Assembly: GCA_024626585.2 (NCBI GenBank)
Contig: JANKJI020000004.1
Location: 72,713,680 to 72,745,149 of the forward strand
Direction: 5' to 3'
DNA: 31,470 nt
From: Ginkgo biloba
Taxonomy: Eukaryota > Plantae > Ginkgophyta
This document shows, in pieces, positions 13,205 to 24,183 of the stretch. The notes under the pieces are model-generated. The model was not told where the DNA came from. It saw nothing but the letters and a program-made list of their open reading frames with translations, and searched no databases. Every line of letters starts with the position of its first letter. Position 1 is the stretch's first letter. The translations under genes and the position numbers were made by a program.

Positions 13205-13395
13205 CCGACATCTGTCGGTGGAGGAATAAGGTGAATTGTCGGTAGAGCAGCAGAGAAGTCTGACGCCATCGGTGGAGCATGGGATCGACGCCGTCGGTGA
13301 AAGAAGACCTCGTCGGTGAAGAAAGGTAGACCGACACCGTCGGCAGAAGACAAAACCAACCTCGTCGGTTGGGGGCAGCTAACCGACATCGTCGG
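13205..13395. repeat. GC/CpG-rich array of about 8 palindromic CCGAC-N3/4-GTCGG motifs
   Basis: Copies at 13205, about 13230 (half), 13260, 13285, 13304, 13331, 13356 and 13383, flanked by N-gaps. Confidence 0.85.
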
Positions 13396-14019
13396 CAAGG
13401 TAGTNNNNNNNNNNNNNNNNNNNNNNNNNNNNNNNNNNNNNNNNNNNNNNNNNNNNNNNNNNNNNNNNNNNNNNNNNNNNNNNNNNNNNNNNNNNNNNNN
13501 NNNNATATTTTTATTTTGAAACATTAAATTATAAATTAACAATCTATATATGCTACTATTCAAAGTGTTTTCAATTGAATATTCCTTAGTGCATGTGTAA
13601 TTTGGCATCTCCCATGGCATGAATATTAAATTTAATTTTCTATCGAGACATTAAACTCAAGAACTGAACAATAAACTAATCCAACAAGGTCCCTATAATC
13701 ATTTGAAACCAGCGAAATTCACTGAACTCATGCACCACATAGACAACACTTAAACTGAAACTTACTTGCTTGTTACCAGGGGTTATTTCTTAAAACTAAA
13801 TTGACGTGTGCACTGAATGTCATCTAAGTCCTGGGTCCAACCACGAAGCTCGAGTCTGATGTTTTGCTAGGCCCTTTCTTTCTTGTTATCTAGTGTTGCC
13901 TTATAACTTTTATCCCCGCTACCTAGGAGTATGCATTAGCCGTGCTTTTCAAGCTTGTTCTCAACCAGTTATATCTATCTAGGAGAAAATCAATTCCAGA
14001 CACTAAACAAGTTGATTAG

Positions 14020-14561
14020 GTGAAAATTCGGTCAACAAGCCTTATGGTGGCCTACCCTCTTTAAAGATGTAGAGGTCTATGTTAAAAATTGCGACATATG
14101 CCAAAGAGCAGGGAAACCTCGAGATGTTCACCACTAACTACTCCATCTAGGTTTGCCTCAAGCACCATTTGAGAAATGGGTATTGGACTTTGTCGGGGCT
14201 ATTAGCCCACCTGCATGTTGCACGCAGGCCCATCACATACTGGTAGCATCCGATTATGTCACAAAGTGGGTGGAGGCAAAGCCCTTACGAAATTGCAATG
14301 CCGATAGCACAACCCGGTTCATTTACGAATTTATAATCGTATGGTTCGGTTGCCCCCTCGAGATTGTCAGTGATCAAGGAACATCATTCTTGAACAATAC
14401 AATCAAAATGCACAACGAATTCATGATTATCCATAGGAAGTCCTCACCCTATTATCCATGAGCCAACGGACTAGTTGAAAGTACAAATAAGGTATTGAAA
14501 CAAGTCTTAACCAAAATTTGCAACGTTGGTCGCGATGATTGGGTAGACAAGTTACATTCGG
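14020..14561 (+). mobile_element. Ty3/gypsy integrase fragment (zinc-binding end + DDE core)
   Basis: LWWPTLFKDVEVYVKNCDICQRAGKP, a frameshift, then PQAPFEKWVLDFVG...DYVTKWVEA...FGCPLEIVSDQGTSF...[18 protein letters not shown]...DWVDKLHS. Confidence 0.93.
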
Positions 14562-14661
14562 NNNNNNNNNNNNNNNNNNNNNNNNNNNNNNNNNNNNNNN
14601 NNNNNNNNNNNNNNNNNNNNNNNNNNNNNNNNNNNNNNNNNNNNNNNNNNNNNNNNNNNNN

Positions 14662-15208
14662 CCTCCTAGAGATGTAGTCTGCATTGGACCACACAGGTCA
14701 GAATGCATTAGTGCCAACTTCTGTTTGGCTCTCCAAGCCTTACCTTTCTCAAAATTTTCTCTATGCTATTTACCCATCAAGCATGCTTCACACAAACAAT
14801 TGCTAGCATCTACATAGGTAAACCTTTGGCCATATTTAGTCTACACATCATTTTGAGACTTGAGTAGTTCAAGTGGCCCATTCTCTTATGCCTTAGAAGA
14901 AACATTGGAGTACAGTGATTTCAGATTAGTGTGCTTGGCCTTTAATTTATAAAGGCCTCTAATTTTAGTTCCTATAGCTATTACATTATGATTTTGATCA
15001 GAAATGATACATTTTTCATTCTGGAACTGTACTTGAATATTCTTCTTCGCTCTTTGGTTGAGTAAGATGAGGTTCTTTTGCAATCCAGGTACATACAAAA
15101 CATCATTGTTGTAGGTCCTCTCACCATATAGCATCCGTATCGGAACTTCACCAACTCCTTCCACCATCAATGCAGTGTTATCTCCAAGCTTCACACTGTC
15201 ATCGGAAG
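14662..15208 (-). mobile_element. Ty1/copia pol fragment (protease C-terminus, GAG-pre-integrase, start of integrase)
   Basis: VKLGDNTALMVEGVGEV...DVLYVPGLQKNLI...GLYKL, then CEACLMGK*H...KAWRAKQKLALMHSDLCGPMQTTSLGG: hallmark copia motifs. Confidence 0.93.
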
Positions 15209-15209
15209 T

Positions 15210-17233
15210 TTCCTAATTTTTCAGAAGAAAATTAGGATCATAAATTGAAACCACTCCAAAAATTCCATATGAACTTTTGAATACTGACCAGATTACTCTG
15301 TTATGAGGACTAACTCCATTGCTAATGTCATTTAAAGCCAAATCACCTCTTATAAGAAGAGCTACACTACCTCTTCCTTTCAGATGATGCATATACAAGG
15401 TCTTAGCCCCCAACCATATATATTATGACGCCAATATTAAACCATTCCCAACCATTTTAGTCTCCAATAGGCACAAAAGTTCGAAATTTGAAAGTGAATT
15501 CCAAAATCTTCTCATTGATGCTCTTTTATCCATCGATTTTCGTCCCTTTCACATTCCATGACGCGATTATCATGTCAATTATATGTAGAAATATTCTTAA
15601 AAACCTCAAAGCGGTTCTTTCCTACAAACTGAACTTCAGGGAAGTCTAGAAGAAGATTAAATTTCCTAAATTCACCTCGAGACAATTTCTTTTTATTGTT
15701 AGATTTATCAATTTCAATAGGACTCCCTCACATTTTTAAAAACCTCAAAACGATTCTTTCCTACAAATTGAACTTTAGGCGAGGCTAGGAGAAGATTAAC
15801 TTGAGACTCTCTCTTTATTGCCACATTTATCAATTTCAATAGGTAACTCCCTTGAATCCCCCTCTTTGGAGAAACAAAGATGGGACTTAGGGACTTCTTG
15901 TTTATTTCTTTATTAATATTCCAATTAAGAAAATTATACAAGGATTCTACATTTTCAGATGTCTTAACTAATTCTTCCTTCTCTTTTCTTTTTTCCTCAA
16001 AAACTTGATCTTTCTTTCTTACTACTTTCCAAGTAGAATTATCTTTTTTGATTGGAAGAGGTTCCTTAGGCTTCAACGAGAGATAATGTTTCACTCTACG
16101 TGCTTGGTTCCTACATTTATAACACGCATTAGGTAGTTCGAAGTAGAGAACCTTATGTTTGGTTTTATTTGACTGATTTTGATTTCAACTTCTTCAACTA
16201 ATTTTTTTGGCCAAATCAACAGAAACACAAACTCTAGCATTGGGCCTATTGACAAACTTCGTTATTGACAAACTTCGTTACTTGCTCCATCGCTACAAAT
16301 TTTCCAATAAGCACAACAATTTTAGGAAAAAATTCCACAAACTAATGTGAAGCCCTTCGATATCCACCTATACTGGACAAAAAATTACTTAATTTCCAAT
16401 GGAGAAAATTTAGAAGACCATTCTTCCATTATAAATATGCTCCAACCTCATTGCCAGGCACTTTGTTTCNNNNNNNNNNNNNNNNNNNNNNNNNNNNNNN
16501 NNNNNNNNNNNNNNNNNNNNNNNNNNNNNNNNNNNNNNNNNNNNNNNNNNNNNNNNNNNNNNNNNNNNNATTCAATTTTTTGCCAAATTAATAGAGACAC
16601 AAACCCTAGCATTAGGTCTATTAAGAAACTTCGTTACTTATTGCATTGCCACCAATATTCTAATAAATGAAATAATTTTAGGGAAAATTTTCCATAAGCC
16701 AATGTGAAGCCCTTCAATTTGCACCCATATGGGATAGAAAATTTATTTAATTTTTTAACTAGAAAATTTAGGAGACCGTTATTGTATTATAAACATACTT
16801 CTACTATATTTCCATGCATTTTGTTTGAAAATCCTAGTAGCACAGGATTTAATAGTAGAAGAAAACAAGAAAATTCCTTGAGTAAGATATCTTACAAGTT
16901 CAAATTTAACTCCCAATTTAATTTAATCCATTCCTCCGAAAATTTAATAGAGGGTGAACAATCCACACAGACTCTAACAACTGCTCTTTTGTTTTTCTTC
17001 GCAATCTCAATCTCTTATTGAACCAAGTATTCATCAAACTCAACAATTGCTAGAGAAACTATTGTACATGAATCCTTGGTTGCCTCATTCGTTACGCTCC
17101 CTTGCACACCTAGGACCATTCTGTCTTCCAAAGAAACCTCTTGCAATTCAAAATTCTTCTCAAGTGTTGTGGTGATGAATTTGTTTTTACTAGAGTGCCT
17201 GCGCTTTCTTTCCATAGACGAAATATGATTCAT
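15210..17233 (-). mobile_element. Plant L1-type LINE 5' portion: ORF1 (DUF4283-like + zinc knuckle) and ORF2 endonuclease N-terminus
   Basis: ORF2 start ATG at 15573: MIIASWNVKG...LLCLLETK...KGRGSVALLI...VVSIYDPN (APE-type EN). ORF1 knuckle KVLYFELPNACYKCRNQARRVKH at about 16090-16160; W.QIEGL...NARVCV upstream. Confidence 0.85.
15598..15852. repeat. Imperfect tandem duplication (about 115-135 bp) inside the LINE ORF1 3' region
   Basis: aaaaacctcaaa.cg.ttctttcctacaaa.tgaactt.agg...gaagattaa...tttatcaatttcaatagg..actccct occurs at about 15598-15728 and again at about 15737-15852. Confidence 0.8.
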
Positions 17234-17449
17234 TGAAGGTGCCCGTCATGTGTTTGCCACCTCATTAGTGGATAACATTGGCACATCTCGCCACTCTATG
17301 TCAATTGAATGTGCTTCTCGTGCCTGAGAGGGGCAAATATGCAAGAATTGCCTTCCTTGGGAAAGGCAAAACGTAGAGTTGTTGCCTCCTCTTATCAGTG
17401 ATTGGTTGGAATTTCAACGGCATGCTTTTGTCTTCACTAGTTATGGTTC

Positions 17450-20400
17450 AAGACGTGATTGAAGGGAATGGCATCATTTTCTTTATGAAGACACATGAGA
17501 GTAGACTGTCCTCTACCTCTTGTTGCAAGGTTCTTGTGGCTCTCCACATGTCATTATGAGACTTGAGCATCAAGAGGGGTTTGGGGATTAGGAGGGATGG
17601 CTTGCCTCTTTTGGAATTACTTATAGGCATCTATATCCCTAGTAGCCATCGATGCTCACTCGAGATTCTTATGGTTACAAATCAACATGACTCTAGTGAA
17701 GAAAAATCTCTACATTACAGTTTGCTACTTTCCTTCTGCTTTGTCACGATATGCTCTGGACACTGATAGAGAGTCACCATTCTTGGATCTACGCCCTAAG
17801 ATCGTTTGCTTTTCTACACAAGGAGAGGTCATCATTGTTGGTGACTTCAATGCCTATATTGGTACACTATAGACCCCAATACATGACACCTCAGAGGTGA
17901 GTTGTGCACCTATGAATTATACCATTCAGATTCAACTCGGACAAACAATCAGATGATTAACAAGTGGTCTCCACCGAGGGGTGACACCTCTTAGGCCTCT
18001 AATAGTGGCATGACCTATTCATTTTGAATGCGCTCTAGAGATTACTTGGATTTGATGCATATACCTACTATCCTCATATTGGAGGGGCTAGACTATGTCC
18101 TTGTTAATGGGTCCATGATCTCTACCATAGTAGACTTTTGAGTCTTTCCTTGCTTGTCCCACAAGCAGACTATGCTCTTCTATCCTTCACACATCTTGAG
18201 CATTCTTCTCTTTTCTCTCCTGCCTCGATTTCTCCGCCTTTGCATCCTTACAAACACCCTATTGTCATTGTTGATTTCAACCCTACCTACAATGAGGTGT
18301 ATCGAGAAAACATAACTCGATTTCTCCCGAACAAATACTCCTTACCCTCGATTGAAGAGAAGGCAAACTTCCGCACCCAATTGCTTTGGGAAGTGGCCTT
18401 AAAATCCTTCCCAAACTTGACTCACTCACCTCCTTCCTCTCGCTTCTTCCTTTGTGTGCAGGTCATGTCAAAGAAGTAGGTGGCTTGATGAACAAGATAA
18501 AAAAGAGNNNNNNNNNNNNNNNNNNCATGAAGCAACCAGAGAAACCCAAAGGGCTTACTAGTGCCTTCCTAGGTGTAAGAAGCGACGTATCTTGTATCTA
18601 AAAAGGGTTGAGATGGTCCATCCACTAATAGATCAACACAAACTATTTTGGAGGAAAACTTATGCCACACAAACCCTCTTGTCAAGTATCGGATCCCAAG
18701 ATATGGCATACCCACTCTTCCACCTTGCACCACGCTTCCAACCTACTCCACACCGCCTTGCATCTTGCCTATTTTGCGCTCGCGATTGAGTCTAGAAAAT
18801 CATCATTAAACTCCAAATTGGTAAAGGCATAGACATTGAAGGCATGGAAGCAAGATTTCTCAAACACGCCATCAATACACTTGCTTTACCCATTGCAAAC
18901 TTGTTCATCAAGATTATTTGCTGAGGCTTCCCTTCGTCCTGGATTCTCACACAAGGAGGGGATAGTACCCATATCTAGCATTATGCTCATCATAGATCTT
19001 AGCAGAGAAGACCTCTAGAGTAGATGTGGTTGGTACAATGAGGTTTCTACACTGCTTTAAATGATTAGAATATTGATTAACAAATTGCCATCCTTTAGAT
19101 TCTCTTTGGATGCACCTAATCTTCGATTTTACGAGGAGATTAACGAGCAGATTGGATAGGATATTTATAGGGCTTGCATTCTGTTCACGTGGAACTTTGC
19201 ACCCAGGGCTTGTAGCCCCAGGTCGGCCTTCTACCATGAGCACTTTCTTTGTATCTTTGAAGGCACCCTAGATCCTCTAGGGTCCTTAAGTTTGCACATG
19301 TCGCATGGTATGAGGTTCCCTATTGGNNNNNNNNNNNNNNNNNNNNNNNNNNNNNNNNNNNNNNNNNNNNNNNNNNNNNNNNNNNNNNNNNNNNNNNNNN
19401 NNNNNNNNNNNNNNNNNNNNNNNNNNNNNNNNNNNNNNNNNNNNNNNNNNNNNNNNNNNNNNNNNNNNNNNNNNNNNNNNNNNNNNNNNNNNNNNNNNNN
19501 NNNNNNNNNNNNNNNNNNNNNNNNNNNNNNNNNNNNNNNNNNNNNNNNNNNNNNNNNNNNNNNNNNNNNNNNNNNNNNNNNNNNNNNNNNNNNNNNNNNN
19601 NNNNNNNNNNNNNNNNNNNNNNNNNNNNNNNNNNNNNNNNNNNNNNNNNNNNNNNNNNNNNNNNNNNNNNNNNNNNNNNNNNNNNNNNNNNNNNNNNNNN
19701 NNNNNNNNNNNNNNNNNNNNNNNNNNNNNNNNNNNNNNNNNNNNNNNNNNNNNNNNNTGAGAATATCTCTTCCAAACAATGGGTTTTTGATGCCTTGGCG
19801 AGACCAATTGCACTTTATGGTTTCAAAATATGGGGGTTGAGCCTATCCACATCCGACTGAGCACATATTGAGAGAATCCAAACACGTATGCTTTCTAGGA
19901 TCATACAGTGCAAACGGACAACTCCTTAGAGTATTGTCCAATCATAGTTTAGTGCAAACCCACNNNNNNNNNNNNNNNNNNNNNNNNNNNNNNNNNNNNN
20001 NNNNNNNNNNAGCTATGGTGGACAGTCACTTTGGGATGGGGAGATACCCTTACCTAGCTCTTTGTTCATCACAGATGGTGGTAGACTAGGAGACATCTAG
20101 ACGAAGGCGAGGTTGGTATAGTGAGGTTTTTGCCATGCTCCATTGGGATCTTCATTGATAGATTACCTCCCTTCAAATTCTCTCTTGATGCATCTAATAT
20201 CCTGCTCACCAAAAACAAGATNNNNNNNNNNNNNNNNNNNNNNNNNNNNNNNNNNNNNNCCCCGCCTACACCTCTTATTGCCAAAAATGACTTTTTACTC
20301 TAAGCGCTTTCTCTATTTATTGGAGGGCATCATTGATCCGCTAGGGTAACCACACCTACACAAGTCACATGGCATGTGATATCTCATTCTCCAGTTCAAA

Positions 20401-20960
20401 GTTTTCTCCCATTAGCTCTAGGTAGAGGTTGCACAACATATGTCTAAAAATTGGCACATTTGTAGGCTTTGCTTACTAGAGGTAGAGACAGAGAAACACT
20501 TCATCTTTAGGTGTACTATTTTCTATGAGAGTAGAGGGAGATACTATTGCCTCTTTAGGGACAGTAGGGGATTCCTCTCCACTTTCATTTCTTACAAAGA
20601 TCAACAATGTGTATCCTTGTTCTTTAGAGAGCTTTTTCTTCATAGACATCACCTCTTAGGGGGACCACGCAACAAAGTATTAGAACCCAAACGTTATTTC
20701 TTTCTTTCCACCAGTGACCTCAACAAGATCGCACAATTGCCCCTTTGACATGTTATGCACCCATCTAGATATCAGGGATTGCTTGGGATCTANNNNNNNN
20801 NNNNNNNNNNNNNCGACGCACCAGGAGACACTCCATTAGGTACATCATGAGGAGCCCTAATAGGACTTTGACACCTAGATCTGGGAGAGAGAGAATTATC
20901 ACTAGCTTCTTTAGGAGAGACACAACCACCTTGGATGGTAAGATAGACAATTCCACTCTT
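17450..20960 (+). mobile_element. Degenerate non-LTR retrotransposon (LINE, second family): EN, RT region (partly in gaps) and C-terminal CCHC
   Basis: GEVIIVGDFNAYIG (about 17822-17865); YTYYPHIGG..DYVLVN; QADYALL (resembles SDH); C-terminal HICRLCLLEVETEKHFIFRCTIFYE.RGRYYCLF (20455-20560). Many stops and frameshifts. Confidence 0.8.
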
Positions 20961-21899
20961 GCCTCATCAAGGCTTCACTAAGCTACTACCTATGATTGCA
21001 CAACATGGACCGATTGCATAGGATCCGAACTAGATAACAAACTTCAACAAATCCTTGAAAACTAGTTAGTAGCAAATGCAAAGGGACAACTTGACTACAT
21101 ACAATTGTCCAACATTTAGTGCTTTCCGTTCCTTTAACTTTTCATATTGTTTCACCATTGTTCTACATCTTTAACTCTTATTTTATGTTTCTTTATTCAT
21201 TGATAGAAATAGACTTATATTGGAGATGCCTTATGCACTCCCTAGAAGTACTATAAACATGATGCAATCCCATTGACAACTTTTGGGGGGCATTGGCGTA
21301 CAATACAAGCTGCCACAAGACCCCCTATTAGAGCTTTGAGGGTGAAGACACAATCTCATACAATAGTCTTATCACCAATATCTTTAGGGAGACAAGCGAG
21401 ATTGAGACTAGGATGTATTTGATGACAAAGAATATTCATATTTTGATGCAACAAAACTCCACCAGATGCCTAATCATGGATGACATTACATTGATTGATG
21501 ATTCCACAACAAAAATATTATACAAGCTTTGGGAGATTTTATAATGGTGTATGGCACATTGAGCAATCCCACTATGAATTGTTTTATTTGCTATTTACCA
21601 AAATAACTTTTATGATGTATGTTTTTTTTATGCTTCATGCATACTTGCATAAGTTTCACGAAATGACAAAATTTTGTTTTCAAAATTGGTGTGAAACGTG
21701 TTTCACTAAAATTCTAGAAACACAAACCGAAACTTGACTTTACCTAGTTCATGGTTTATGTATAAATAGTTTGTATTTTTATACTTCATGCCACAAAATA
21801 TTCTATTTCCAGTAATATGGAAGAGGACAAAAGGTGACCTAGTGAAGAAGATTTGATAGTGAAATGGGGAACTGGTTCCCAGATCCATAATCTCATGAA

Positions 21900-22700
21900 A
21901 ATTCTCATAGAAGATCTTCCTGAATGTAATCCCTATAATGATGGTGATGAATCCAAGATAGGATATATTATTTAAGAAATCATTTTTGACTTCATAAATG
22001 ATGGGTTCATTAAACTAAAAATGAATAAGATCCCAAAAGGCCTTATCTCCCTAGAAGATCTCTTCAATCTCTATGAATCCCCCAAGATGGGGCCATACAA
22101 ACTTGAATCTTCCAAGTGGGAAATTAAAAAGTTAAGAAAACATGATATCAGGGATGAAGCTAGTTTAAAAGTGGTCCTTCTAGGAGAATGTTACACAAAA
22201 TAAGAGAATAATCAAACCCTCATACTCTACAAAGATTTTATAAATCTCCTCACCTAGGATTATAGGATATTGAAGGTTATTAATCCTAACATCATTCAAC
22301 ACACAACCCTCTAATACTAGTTGCAATTCCTTATCTAAGGATTGTGTGATGGACTTGGAGAAGGCATCCAAAAATAACAGATAGTGGGGCATCTTCCTGA
22401 CTCTAAAGAAGTCAATACTTGGGATGATTGAGGTAAAGTTACTAAGCCATATAGTTTCTAGAGATAGTACTTATATTAGCCCTGCCATGATGAAAGATAC
22501 CAAGGAACTCCCTTTTCTATCAAGAAGGAAAGGAGTATAATCTTTCTTCAAAAAGATCAATTTCTTGGGGAGATTCATACCTACATTTCCACCAGTCACC
22601 TTTCTAATTAAAAAGTGGATCAAAAAGAGGGTGAAGTTAAAATGGGGTAAAGAGTCCAAGGAGGCCTTTAACAAGATCAATTTTTTATTCTAACATCTTA
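21900..22700 (+). mobile_element. Ty3/gypsy (non-chromovirus, Tat/Athila-like) pol fragment with the RT core deleted
   Basis: NKIPKGLISLEDLF; LKVVLLG; YKDF...LKVINPNIIQHT, then directly KKSILGMIEVKLLSHIVSRDSTYISP...GV*SFFKKINFLGRFIP...KWGKESKEAFNKIK. Confidence 0.8.
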
Positions 22701-23139
22701 TGTNNNNNNNNNNNNNNNNNNNNNNNNNNNNNNNNNNNNNNNNNNNNNNNNNNNNNNNNNNNNNNNNNNNNNNNNNNNNNNNNNNNNNNNNNNNNGTAAT
22801 GAAAACCAAGGAGGCCACATATTAACACCTCATTTTAACCCAGTCAAACAAAGAATACAATAGATAAAACATTGAATCCAAGAACCCACCAGAACATGGA
22901 TATTTTCAAGGTGAAGTAAAATACTCTTCCATATGTCAAGCCCTGTCCTTTATAATAGTCTTACCATGACTGTGAGAATTTTAGCATTTTCTTAGGTATT
23001 TCCTATTGCTCGCTCTCTANNNNNNNNNNNNNNNNNNNNNNNNNNNNNNNNNNNNNNNNNNNNNNNNNNNNNNNNNNNNNNNNNNNNNNNNNNNNNNNNN
23101 NNNNNNNNNNNNNNNNNNNACCTTTCACCATTCTCCCTT

Positions 23140-23560
23140 ATGACACATAAGGAGACACTCCTAAGATCTTCAGGAGGAGCCCTTTTAGGATTCCAGGACC
23201 TAGACCCCAGAGAGAGAGACTTATCAACATTTTCTTTGGCAGAGATAAGGTGGTGTTGGATGATAGGAGAGACATAGATTTGAGTGAGGCAGATGGGAAT
23301 TGGTCTCCTTGATCCACATAGACGCAATCTGTTAGTCCTTGAGCCATTGATGATTAGATTTTAGAGGAGATCATTTGACAAGTCCTGGGAGACTGCATAG
23401 TTGTAGATAACATGTAGTCTTATCTCATACAAGTCCATTTGGTGTTGGTACTACAATGCAGACGTTGGTGACATTTATAGACTTGGAGTGTGAAGGGATT
23501 AACCCTTGCACTGCCTTTGGATGTATTCTATGCATTACTTTCACTATGTCTTATTTTTCT
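23140..23560 (+). mobile_element. 3'-end fragment of the same LINE family as 17450-20960
   Basis: 23160-23290 (gacacataaggagacactcc...gaggagccc...cctaga...gagagagag..ttatca...ttcttt.g.agaga) aligns by eye with 20815-20955. Confidence 0.6.
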
Positions 23561-23622
23561 TTATTGTGTTTCCTAGTCTCTTGGTTTTAGATTTGGAGTT
23601 GCTAATAGTGCTTTTTGGTCAC

Positions 23623-23745
23623 TAGTGGACATTAATACATATTTCTCTTTCTATTTCTTAAGGTCATTGAAATATCCACTACCTTTAGATAAATTTTGAT
23701 TGGTTGATAGTGGACATTAATACATATTTCTATTTCTATTTCTTA
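23623..23745. repeat. 38-bp direct repeat pair
   Basis: tagtggacattaatacatatttct(c/a)tttctatttctta at 23623-23660 and 23708-23745, one mismatch. Confidence 0.85.
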
Positions 23746-23984
23746 TTGATAAGATTTGCTTTTAAAAAATCCATTTTCAGAAGACTCTAATTGTTGAGTT
23801 GTTTAACATACCCCAATTTTGAATTCATGAGGGAAATTTTGGGTCATATTATGGTATATATGCTCAGTTGGGCAGGTTTTCAAATAAAATTACAATCGTT
23901 TGCCTATGATCAAAACTTACGAAGGTTATTGTAAATTGTTTTTATTTTAATCTGCTATGCACGTAGTGAACTTTAGATCATATT

Positions 23985-24183
23985 TGGTATTACAACAGGT
24001 TTGTAACATTGGGAAATAAATTGTATAAAGCATGCCAAAATACACAACATGTTTGGTATTAGAGCAAGTTTGCAAAACTAGAGAAGAAATTGCCTAAAGC
24101 ATACCCAAATACAAAGCATATTTTGGCATGAGAGTTCCAACTTTAAGTCTACAAAAATCCAGAGAAATTGTTGGTATTAGAGT
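23985..24183 (+). repeat. Degenerate tandem units (about 50-70 bp), each with a tRNA-iMet PBS-like motif
   Basis: TGGTATTACAAC (23985), TGGTATTAGAGC (24054), TGGCATGAGAGT (24124) and TGGTATTAGAGT (24172), compared with the canonical TGGTATCAGAGC. Confidence 0.55.

Noticed and set aside
13205-13395. CRISPR-like appearance (palindromic repeats with variable spacers)
   Set aside because: Repeats are only 13-14 bp and degenerate, spacers are about 6-17 bp, there are no cas genes, and the context is eukaryotic.
19231-19840. Long ORFs in the ORF track (also 13159-13620, 25879-26394 and other X-containing ORFs)
   Set aside because: They are artefacts of reading through N-gaps or low-complexity AT-rich DNA.
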